A DNA stretch of 64,000 nt from assembly GCF_009914755.1 (NCBI RefSeq), contig NC_060941.1; one strand, written 5' to 3'. The notes beneath the pieces were generated by a model. The model was not told where the DNA came from and searched no databases. It saw nothing but the letters and a program-made list of their open reading frames with translations. Both the position numbers and the translations under genes were made by a program. This document shows positions 39,061 to 50,366 of the stretch, in pieces (the stretch's first letter is position 1; every line of letters begins with the position of its first letter). The DNA is from the human T2T-CHM13v2.0 reference genome, Homo sapiens.

Positions 39061-39440
39061 TATCAGTCAGCATCTAGTGAGGAGACAAAATCCATGCCAA
39101 TTATTTGAACACGGAAGTAGCAACTACAGGAAGCAGCTACTGACCCTAGGGTTGAAGGAACAAGGAAGAGTTAGGAGTTATTAAAATGTGTAAGTTTAGA
39201 GGCTGGGTCCTGCAGAACTGACAGTCATATTTTTTCTTGACATATTCTGATGGCTCTGAACTTGGAGGATAGTCCCAGTGGACCTGACTCAGAATTCTGA
39301 GGATGGGGTGCTGGCTGGCTGGAGCAAGGCCTAATATGGAGAGCTGGAAAAGCAACAATGTGGCTTGCAGATTTCATCACTAACATCATAAAGCTGAGTA
39401 TCGTAGGGAGGATGTGGAGTTCTGAGACCACAACTTAACC
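39061..39440 (-). mobile_element. Probable 5' LTR remnant of the ERV-L relic
   Basis: Minus strand reads ...ctgactgata then gaaaagttgttaccaggagtgg, an LTR/leader junction in the same orientation as pol; far end uncertain. Confidence 0.5.
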
Positions 39441-40155
39441 AGCAGCACAGAGTAACTTATTCTGAAGCCCACAGTCTCTGAAATAGCCGTCTTTAAATCT
39501 TACAAACTTTCCCACACGTTTCTTTATATCTATTTTCTTAATTTCATTCTCTCCATAAATTTTGGAGTCAGACAGAGTTGCATTCAGATTTCAGTTTTGT
39601 TTCTAAACTTATGAGCTATGTGACTGTAAGCAAGCTATTTAACTTCTTTTAGACTTACTTATCTACAAGCCAGGATCACAATATCTATTTCACAGGATCA
39701 GTATAGATGTTATGTGAAGCAAAGTTCGCATGATGTGTACCTGGCACATGCACAGCATATGGTACTAACAAGGCCACGCTGGTTCACCTCCTTTCCCTTC
39801 AGGTGTGTCTTCTCCATCACTCTTCCTCCTTTTCTTTCAGCCTCTCATACCTAGCCTTTTTCACTGTGTCTTCTCTCTGTCTTTTCTCCTATATTTTGTT
39901 CTCTTCTCCCCCTTTTCATTCTTGTCTCCATCCTTCGATACCTTAATTCATCTTGCTTCATCCCTTTCGTTGTCCACCTACCCTTACATGGCCAATGATC
40001 CTCAATAAAAGAAAAGCTCCCACATTTGCTTTCGACTTGGAAATATGTGTCTTTTTACCATTACTTAACTTTTTAATGCACTTTATGTCTTCTTTGGTGT
40101 CATATATAGGAAATTGCCATTTTGAGAGCTTGCTGCAGTTTATTGCATAGTGTAA

Positions 40156-40421
40156 TGGAGTGCAGTAGCATGATCTTAGCTCACTGAAACCTCTGCCTCC
40201 TGGGTTCAAGCGATTCTCCTTCCTCAGCCTCCCAAGTAGCTGGGACTACAGGTGTGCACTACCACGCCCAGCTAATTTTTTTTTTTTTTTTTTGTATTTT
40301 TAGTAGAGACAGGGTTTCACCATGTTGCCCAGGCTGGTCTCAAACTCGTGAGCTCAGGTAATCCACTCACCTCAGCCTCCCAAAATGCTAGGATTACAGG
40401 TGTGAACCACTGCTCTTGGCC
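40156..40421 (-). mobile_element. AluS lacking its 3' end and tail, with an expanded middle A-tract
   Basis: tggagtgcagt...gaaccactgctcttggcc. Confidence 0.9.
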
Positions 40422-40511
40422 TCAAGTAGACATTCTTGAATTATAAGCAGTTAAACCAGGTGATGTACAAGTGAAAACAAAGACAATGGTTTCTTTGCCT
40501 AGTATATAATA

Positions 40512-40517
40512 TTTATT
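40512..40517 (-). terminator. PolyA signal AATAAA of KRTAP1-5
   Basis: tttatt on +, about 580 nt past the stop. Confidence 0.65.
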
Positions 40518-41094
40518 AAGAAATGACAGAAGACATTGTATCACAGATATAACTGAAATATCCAGCAGGCAAGATCATTATGATCCAAAAACCAAGGGAT
40601 GGATCAGATGTTAAAATGTGGAAAGTCCAGCCTACTTCTTAGAAGCTGAATGTTGGGTGATGAGCTTCCATTCTCTCTGGTGACTTGAGGAATGTCACTT
40701 GGCTATAATTTGGTGTCTTTGATGTTGCAAAAAATTTTAGGTAAACAAGATAAAATAGATTATAAAGCATGGAAACATTAGACTTGTGGATAGTTCTCAT
40801 GGATAAATTCCACAACATGTCAGTAATTTTTAATCCTGCAGAAATATCAGAAATAGTATATCCCAAGCAAATTGATGATCAGCAGGTGGCTTTGTAGCAT
40901 TTCTGTGTCCCCAGTGAAGGGTCAAGGTATTCATTGTAGAATGGAATCAGATAGAATTGTGAGCTCATATACTTAGTAGTCTCCATCACAAGCAATGCAA
41001 AGTCTGAGAACTTGTTAGTGGTCCAGAGGTGGTCAAGGGATGAACAGTTCAGAGACACTGTGACCTAGGCAATTGAAAATAAGCAAACTGGCTT

Positions 41095-41619
41095 TCAGCA
41101 AGTGGGCTCACAGCAGCAGACTGGGCGGCAGCAGGACTGTCCACAGTAGGACGGGCGGCAGCAGGAGGCCTGGGCATGGTGCAGTTGGCAGCAGGATGGG
41201 GGCGTGCAGCTCACCACACAGCAGGGGGGTAGGTAGGTGCCCTCCACACGACTGTCTGGGCGGCACCACCTGATACGGGTGCTCACAGCTCCACTGCTGC
41301 CCTCCTGGCCATAGCTGATGCCACCACCAATGCCACAGCCAGTTCCGCAGGAGCTGATCTGGCAGCAGCTTGGCTGGCAGCAGCTGGTCTCACAGCAGCT
41401 TGGCTGGCAGCAGCTGGTCTCACAGCAGCTTGGCTGGCAGCAACTGGAGCTGCAGGTCCCACTGGTTGAGAAGCTGGGAAATCCGCAGAAGCTAGTCTGG
41501 CAGCTGCGTGGCTGGCAGCAGCTGGTCTCACAGCAGCTTGGCTGGCAGCAGCTGGAGCCACAGGTCCCACTGATGGAGAAGCTGGGATATCCACAGAAGC
41601 TGGTCTGGCAGCAGGTCAT
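41095..41619 (-). CDS. KRTAP1-5: Keratin-associated protein 1-5 (174 aa)
   Basis: [21 protein letters not shown]..., [10 protein letters not shown] repeats, [19 protein letters not shown] core. Confidence 0.95.
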   Translation of the reverse strand: MTCCQTSFCGYPSFSISGTCGSSCCQPSCCETSCCQPRSCQTSFCGFPSFSTSGTCSSSCCQPSCCETSCCQPSCCETSCCQPSCCQISSCGTGCGIGGGISYGQEGSSGAVSTRIRWCRPDSRVEGTYLPPCCVVSCTPPSCCQLHHAQASCCRPSYCGQSCCRPVCCCEPTC

Positions 41620-41695
41620 GGTGTCAGAAGTTGGGTTAAGAGTTAGGTTGCTTGGAGGAGTTTCTGAGGTTTGGTGGTGACTTCCACGTTGGTCC

Positions 41696-41704
41696 TTTTA
41701 TATA
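41696..41704 (-). promoter_or_regulatory. TATA box (TATATAAAA) of KRTAP1-5
   Basis: ttttatata on +. Confidence 0.85.
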
Positions 41705-42795
41705 TCTGAACCAGCTGCTGTTTACAAAATTGTTAACATATTTTCTTTGTTTTTGTTTAAATTTGTTACTCCGTGGATCTCTGATTGGCTTATGTTGAAA
41801 TACTTGTGACACATTATGAGCAATAGTTTAGAAATTACTGTTTTATAGTTTCTTCTGGACTCCTCATATCAGTCCTTTGCTCTTTGGAATATGTTTGTGG
41901 TTTCCCATGTTCAAAGAGTACTTCCATTTTAGTCCAAATGAATGCTCTCATTTTACATAATAGTTATTCCACGTGACAATCTATCCATACCTCTAAGGCT
42001 AAGAGTAATAATTGTGCTGTTATATTTAACTATTATTTTTTCCTCCTAGATATATAGACTAAATTTTATTGAATTTTGGATATCTGGATATCTACTGAAC
42101 TGAAGGAATACCTTTGGTCATACATAATTCGCAGATTTCACCTTTTTTTGTTCCAATGTCTTATTGAATTACCGATTATAGTTCCTTTGATTTCAACCAA
42201 TTTGGAATGTGTGACTATTATTCCTGTTCCAGACCAGAAATCTGTTCTTGGGAACCAAACTGACATAGTATTTAGGAAGGTATCCAGCAGAGTCCTTAGT
42301 TTGTGGTAGAACCTTAATAAATGTTTACTGAATCTGATTCAATAAATGTTTATTGAATAGGTGGAGTAAAAGGCTTGATTCATGGATATCAATACCACTC
42401 AAACATGATTAAAGAGAACTTTCAAGCTGTAGTACTTCTCATGAAAGAGTCTTGTTATTTGCTGTAAAGAGACTAGGAAATGTGTTTTTTGGTTTATTTT
42501 ATTTTATTTTTTGGATTTAGTAGTGGAACCGGGCTCGGGAAAAAATATCTAGGAGTTATGACACTTTGAAAAATGTACTGCCATCTACTTTATTCCTCTT
42601 GGAAATTGCATAATTTTGTGTGTAATCCATCATTGCTACCAATTAAATATAGAGGTAAGTTCTGGGAGCTTGTAAATAATGTGGAAAACGTGTTTCTTTC
42701 TATATTTGCATCCTATTGTATTTTGTGTATTACACTCTAATGCCTAATGAAGAATTTAAAAATTAAATGGTAAAATATGTTTTGTTTTGTTCTAG

Positions 42796-43099
<304 letters not shown>

Positions 43100-43836
43100 G
43101 TGTTAACTTCTTAAGAGAATATCTTTTAAGTTGGGTTGCAAAGTGCAAAATATAATCGAGCTGTTTCAGATTTCTAACACTTCTGTCTGACAAATGGCAA
43201 TGGTAGAACTCAGCGGGTGCTCTCTATAGCTGTTTCTTCTACTATCATTTAGACCAAAGATACACCTTATGCATACGTACATCAAATGAAGGTGAATAGT
43301 GGGAGTTGAAGCTTAGAGAGCAATTCAAGGATCAGTGGGAAGAATGTGAAAGGCTAAGGTGTAGAAATTAAACCTAAATTCTCTTGGAAAATAGGTAGTA
43401 TCTAGTAGCTATTTTTAAATCTATTTAGAAGGTAATGCAATTTCTTTAGATTTTGGGGCATAAATGAAGGAGAACATTTAGTATATTAAATGGAAGGAGA
43501 CAAAAGATGGTAGAATTACATTTAGATAGAAATCAATAGCTTTGATCAACCTTAACATTTTAGCTAAAGGTCAACCTTTATTGGTCTAGACCTAATCATA
43601 ATAGATTAGAGCATGTAAATATTTGAACTATAAAAATTCTTTAATTCATGGAGCATTTTTAAGCTGATGGATTCAAGCATAATTTACTTTGTATTTAATC
43701 TTTCTGGTTTAGACTTTATGGTTATGCCTTGGTATTATTATCAAATTGCAAATCCACTCTTGAATACCAGCTACAAGAAGACATGTTTAAAGGTAGAAGG
43801 AGGACATAACTCAGTTTGCTTTGCACATTAAAACAT

Positions 43837-43842
43837 TTTATT
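43837..43842 (-). terminator. PolyA signal AATAAA of KRTAP1-4
   Basis: tttatt on +, about 335 nt past the stop. Confidence 0.65.
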
Positions 43843-44176
43843 TGGATTAATCAGAGATATTCAAGGAAAAACCAGGTCTGAAGATGCATGAGCATCAAGA
43901 GAGAGTTGGGGGAGCAGAGATGTCACTGAAATGATGAACTATTCCATCCTGGTCCTCTGCTCAAGCAACGCAAGCTATCCAGAACACTGATTGATACATC
44001 TTTCAGTAAGTGAATTCGGCACATCCACAGTGTCCTAACTAGGAGTTTCATTATCTCTGAGCAGCTTAACAACATCATGGTACTTAGCATCCAAGTAAAA
44101 TCGAACAGTTCTTCAGAAATCAGCACAATTTTGCTGTGCTTCCCCTTTCATTCTTAAGCGATCAGCAACCTGGCTT

Positions 44177-44542
44177 TTAGCAGGTGGGCTCACAGCAGTG
44201 GCAGCAGCAGGCTGGGCGGCAGCAGGACTGTCCACAGTAGGACGGGCGGCAGCAGGAGGCCTCGGCGTGGTGCAGCTGGCAGCAGGATGGGGGTGTGCAG
44301 CTTACCAGGTAGCAGGGGGGCAGGCAGGTGCCCTCCACGTGGCAATCTGGGTGGCACCACCTGATACGGGTGCTCACAGATCCACCGCTGCCCTCCTGGC
44401 CATAGCCAATGCCACCACCAATGCCACAGCCGGTTCCGCAGGAGCTGGTCTGGCAGCAGCTTGGCTGGCAGCAGCTAGTTTCACAGCAGCTTGGCTGGCA
44501 GCAGCTGGAGCCACAGGTCCCACTGGTGGAACAGCTGGCCAT
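44177..44542 (-). CDS. KRTAP1-4: Keratin-associated protein 1-4 (121 aa)
   Basis: [25 protein letters not shown]...CHCCEPTC from the ATG at 44542 (accATGG), aligned with paralogue starts. Confidence 0.93.
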   Translation of the reverse strand: MASCSTSGTCGSSCCQPSCCETSCCQPSCCQTSSCGTGCGIGGGIGYGQEGSGGSVSTRIRWCHPDCHVEGTCLPPCYLVSCTPPSCCQLHHAEASCCRPSYCGQSCCRPACCCHCCEPTC

Positions 44543-45590
44543 GGTGTCAGGAGTTGGGTTGAGAGCTGTGTTAAGAGAGGTTTCTGAGTTTGGGCTGTAC
44601 CTTCTATATCTGTCCTTTGATATGTTCCCTAGAGCTGCATATTTACCCAACACCTTTTCTTGATGTCAATTTCAGTGTGAGTCTCTGGCTAATACCTGAG
44701 GTGTTTATAAAGTTATAAATAGCATTTCAATAGCCTTTTTCCATTGTACAATTAAGTCTCATTATGTTTCTTCTTTGCCCTCTGGGCGAAGTGAAGGCTC
44801 ATCATGGAAGCCAAGCACCGAAGTGCCTCTTTATGCAAGTCACATGACAGACTAGCCTTGAGCCAAGTGTCGCCCTGGCACGTTTTGTCATAGTTGTCCT
44901 TTGATAACCTTTAGGCAGAATTTATCTTAACTGATCATTTTTCCTTAAATGGTCACTTAACTATGATCATGATTTTATAAACAATTTGTCCAGACTTGGA
45001 AAGACTAACATTAGTGTCATCAAAACATGAACTACAACCTGATGTATCAACTTTCAAACCAAGTATGCCTTTCTATGATCAATTTGTGCAAGTTATAGGA
45101 TCCTCAGAGCTCTATCTAATATTCTTGCCTTCAGTAATAGTGAATGTACAAATTGCTAACTAAAATCTTTAATGACTTTTGCTTGTAGATTGTTTTCTGA
45201 CTCTATTAAATTAAACATATGTGCTAGTAATGAGTACACATTGTAACAAGTCAAAGAGTACAGAGGTATATAAAGAAAAATTAGTGTCTTTTCCCTTCCT
45301 GGAAGATGCACACATCTCTTCCAAAACTAATGCTCTAGAGGTAATCAATATTAAGAATTTGGTGCACATTCTTTGACACCTTTATCCTTGCTTCTGCAAA
45401 TATAAACCAGCATATATACATATATATCTTCTATTTCAGAAAAGTTTGGGTCTCCTACACATGTTTATAGTTACAAATTTTTAATTGTGGTAAAATATAC
45501 ATACCATAAAATTTATGAACCATTTACATTAACCATCTTAACCATTTGTAAATAGTCTTGTCACCCTTGTTGAAAATCATTTGACCACAT

Positions 45591-47105
45591 TCACATTCAG
45601 AAGAAATGAAATTAGACCATTGTCTCACATTATATACAAAAACCAACTTAGAATGGATTAAAAGACTGAAATGTAAGAAAGACTCAAAATGATAAAACTA
45701 TAAGAAGAAAACAGAGGAAACTCCATGACTTTTGCCTGGCCAATATTGTGATATTGTGAACATGAATCCAAAAGCATCAGCAAAAATAGACAAGTGGGAT
45801 TACATCAAACTAAAAAGCTTCTGCACAGCCAATAAAACACTAAACTGAGTGAAGACGCAAACCGCTGAATGGGAGAAAATATTTATAAACCACATATCTG
45901 ATAAAGGGTTAATATCCAAAGTATAGAGGAAACTCAAACAACTCAATACCTGTAGTAAGAAAACAAATAACGTAATTGAAAAATGGGCAAAAAATCTAAA
46001 TAGACATTTCTCAAAAAAAATCTACAAATTGCCAACAGGTATATGAAAAATTTTCAAAATCACCAATCATCGGATAATGCAAATTGAAACCACAATGAGA
46101 TATCGTCTCACACATATTAGATAGTTATTATCAAAAAGACAAAAGATAGCAAGTGTTGGAGAGGAAGTGGAGAAAAGAGAACTCTGGCACACTGTTGGTG
46201 GAAATGTAAATTAGTACAGCCATTATGGAAAACAATATGAAGGTTCATCAGAAAATTAAAAATAGAACTGTCATATAATCAAGCAATCCCACTTCTGTGT
46301 ATATACCCGAAGGAAAGTAAATCAGTATTTTGAAGAGACATCTGCATTCCCATGTTCATTGCAGCATTACTCACAATAGCCAAGATATGGAAGCAACCTA
46401 AGTGTCCATGTCCATCATTAAATGAGTGGATAAAGAAAATGTGATACACACACACATACACACACACACACTCACACACTGGAATATTATTGGTCATAAA
46501 AGAAGGAAATCCTGCTATTTGGGGCAACAGATTAAACTTGAGAACATTATACTAAGTGAAATAAGTCAGACAAAGAAAAAGACTAATATTGCACTTTCTC
46601 ACTTACAAGTGGAACTTAATGTAAATGACAAGTTATTGGGTGCAGCACACCAACATGGCACATGTATACATATGCAACAAACCTGCAAGTTGTGCACATG
46701 TACCCTAGAACTTAAAGTATAATAAAAACAAAAAAACCTCAAAAAAAAGAAAAAGTTGAATTCATGGAAGTAGAAAGTAGAATGGTGGTTACCGGGGGTA
46801 GGGTGGTGGTGGAGTGTGTTGGGAAGATGTTGGTCAAAGGATTACAAAATTTCAGTTAGATAAGAGGAATAAATTCAAGAGATCTATTGTACAACATAGA
46901 GACTATAGTTCATAACAATATGTTACAGTCCTGAAAATTGCTAAGAGAGTAGATTTTGTGTTTTCACTACAAAAAAACTTATGTGAGGTAATGCATATGT
47001 TAATTAGTTTGATTTAGCCATTGTACGAAGTATACATATTCCAAAAAAATGTGTTGTACACAATAAATACATATAATTTTTGTCAATTCAAATAAATAAA
47101 TAAAT
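45591..47105 (+). mobile_element. 5'-truncated L1MA-like element nested in an antisense L1M
   Basis: ORF2 end, 3' UTR and (TAAA)n; degenerate TSD tcatttgaccacat (45577-45590) / tcatttaaccatat (47110-47123). Confidence 0.85.
46617..46752 (+). mobile_element. Short L1PA 3' end inserted in the L1MA
   Basis: taatgtaaatgac..gggtgcagcacaccaacatggcacatg...taccctagaacttaaagtataataaa and A-tail. Confidence 0.88.
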
Positions 47106-47109
47106 GAAC

Positions 47110-47949
<840 letters not shown>

Positions 47950-47950
<1 letters not shown>

Positions 47951-48081
47951 TTTATTTTTTTTAGTAGAGATGGGGTTTCACCATGTTGGCCAAGCTGATC
48001 TCAAACTCCCGACCTCGTGATCTGTCTACCTTGGCCTCCCAAAATGCTGGGATTACAGGTGTGAGCCACCGTACCCAGCCA
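47950..48081 (-). mobile_element. Alu left-arm fragment
   Basis: ttagtagagatggggtttcaccatgttggcc...gagccaccgtacccagcc. Confidence 0.9.
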
Positions 48082-48369
48082 GAGATTTTGATTTCTGTAA
48101 CTTCCTGGTTGTGAAAGCACTGTGTAAGGTTAAGTTATGGTAACAGAGCCTTTGCCATTTCTGAGGCCCTAAATAACTACACTTACTCTATGTTTTTATG
48201 GTCATTAACCTCCACTGGACCTCTGGATAACAAATTTCCTAATGTGGTATTAGAAGAGAAGGGATATCAAAAGCAGATTAAAGTTTTTCATATGACATTC
48301 TATGAAATATACATCCTGAGTACACTCAATGAAAAAAAAAAGATATGTTTGTTGCACCAATAGTTAAAA

Positions 48370-48375
48370 TTTATT
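48370..48375 (-). terminator. PolyA signal AATAAA of KRTAP1-3
   Basis: tttatt on +, about 410 nt past the stop. Confidence 0.65.
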
Positions 48376-48781
48376 AGACCTTGGTATATTATTCCTCTTT
48401 CATAGGGGGTGCAATTTGCAGGACGGTGGGATACAGGAAGTGAGTGTCCTGAGAAGGACAGATGGCTCTTCCATGGTCTCGTCGGCGCTGAGACTCAGAG
48501 CGTGGGCTTCAATGCTTGCAAAGGCTCAGTTTCAAGGTAAATCGGCTTTTTCATTTCTTGGGTCAAATTTGTATTTTGGCGTCCTCAGAGAGAAGAGTAA
48601 GGTCTTTCTGGAATTGAAAGGAATCAGATAATTCTGAGGCCAAAATATTTGGTAACCCCCATAAGAAAGACAAAGAAAGGTTGAAGAATTTGTTCGTTGT
48701 CCATAAGTGCTTGAAGAAATAATTCGTTCATGAATGGAACTGAAAGTGGAAATTTCAAGTTGAAAATCAGCAAACTGGCTT

Positions 48782-49285
48782 TTAGCAGGTGGGCTCACAG
48801 GAGTAGCAGCAGCAGACTGGGCGGCAGCAGGACTGTCCACAGTAGGATGGGCGGCAGCAGGAGGCCTCGGCGTGGTGCAGCTGGCAGCAGGTTGGGGGTG
48901 TGCAGCTCACCACACAGCAGGGGGGCAGGCAGGTACCCTCCACACGGCAGTCTGGGCGGCACCACCTGATACGGGTGCTCACAGCTCCACTGCTGCCCTC
49001 CTGGCCATAGCCAATGCCACCACCAATGCCACAGCCAGTTCCGCAGGAGCTGGTCTGGCAGCAGCTTGGCTGGCAGCAGCTGGTCTCACAGCAGCTTGGC
49101 TGGCAGCAACTGGAGCTGCAGGTCCCACTAGTTGAGAAGCTAGGAAATCCGCAGAAGCTGGTCTGGCAGCAGCTTGGCTGGCAGCAGCTGGTCTCACAGC
49201 AGCTTGGCTGGCAGCAGCTGGAGCCGCATGTCCCACTGGTGGAGCAGCTGGGATATCCACAGAAGCTGGTCTGGCAGCAGGTCAT
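48782..49285 (-). CDS. KRTAP1-3: Keratin-associated protein 1-3 (167 aa allele)
   Basis: [18 protein letters not shown]...CCYSCEPTC. Confidence 0.95.
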   Translation of the reverse strand: MTCCQTSFCGYPSCSTSGTCGSSCCQPSCCETSCCQPSCCQTSFCGFPSFSTSGTCSSSCCQPSCCETSCCQPSCCQTSSCGTGCGIGGGIGYGQEGSSGAVSTRIRWCRPDCRVEGTCLPPCCVVSCTPPTCCQLHHAEASCCRPSYCGQSCCRPVCCCYSCEPTC

Positions 49286-49361
49286 GGTGTTGGGAGCTGG
49301 TATGAAGTCTGGGTTGCTTGGAGGAGTTTCTGAGTTTTGGTGATGGCTGCCACATTGGGCC

Positions 49362-49368
49362 TTTTATA
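49362..49368 (-). promoter_or_regulatory. TATA box (TATAAAA) of KRTAP1-3
   Basis: ttttata on +. Confidence 0.85.
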
Positions 49369-50082
49369 AGCCTGGGCCAGCTACTGTTTACATAATTCCA
49401 GAAGTCTCTTGCTTATTTGTGTTGGATAATTTGTCTCTGAATGATAATTGGCCTCTCCCTGAATTATTTGTTGAACCTACTGAGAGCCTTTGAAAGTTGA
49501 TTGTATTTGGTCTGCAATTAGGCTTCTTTACCATGGTCAAGAAGTCATTGGCATTAATTAGGAATATGATCCCTAACTCCTCATGTTTCTTAAAATTTCC
49601 TCATGGTCAAGGAATAATTGACTGATGCCTCACCTTTAAGGATTGTCAATATTACTCAGTGTTGACCCTTACAACTGGGTGATTGGGTCTCACATGACAG
49701 TTTAATTCCCTCCAATTTTAACTGTGGCTCCTTCTCTAACTTTCTTATCTTCCCTTTGACTGTGAAGCAAGACTATATTCAGCTGGCCAGAAAGGGATGC
49801 TTTCTTGGGCCTGGGAGATTTGCATTAATTGCTATTGATAACATTTTCCCATCACTGATTATGTGCCTAAATAGTTCTGAGTACTTCGCATGTATCAATT
49901 TGCTGAATTTTCACGGCAATCTATGGGCTAGGTATCACTGCCACTCCCATCAACCATGTGAGAAAACTGAGCCACAACAGGTTGAAGTAACTTACCCTAG
50001 TTCACACTAGTATCTAGTGAATCTGAAATTTGAATCCACAACCTCTGATTCCAGACTAAACTCTTTAAACACTATAGTCAAT

Positions 50083-50137
50083 TCTTTCTCTCTTTCTCTC
50101 TGTCTTTCTCCCTTCCTTCCTTCCTTCCCTCCTTTCT

Positions 50138-50197
<60 letters not shown>

Positions 50198-50278
50198 TCC
50201 TTCTTTCTCTTTCTTTCTTTCTTTCCTTTCTTTCTTTCTTTCCTTCCTTCCTTCCTTCCTTCCTTCCTTCCTTCCTTC

Positions 50279-50325
<47 letters not shown>

Positions 50326-50366
50326 TTTCTTCTTTCTCCTTTCTTTCTTTCCTTTCTTCTTTTTTT
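50083..50366. repeat. Compound (TTTC)n/(TTCC)n polypyrimidine tract
   Basis: About 285 bp, essentially purine-free on +. Confidence 0.97.

Noticed and set aside
42337-42358. Palindrome attcaataaa-tg-tttattgaat
   Set aside because: L2 3'-tail sequence is intrinsically self-complementary, and this is common.
44543-44653. N-terminal extension giving a 158-aa KRTAP1-4
   Set aside because: Non-ATG start upstream of the TATA-equivalent position, with no Cys-rich character.
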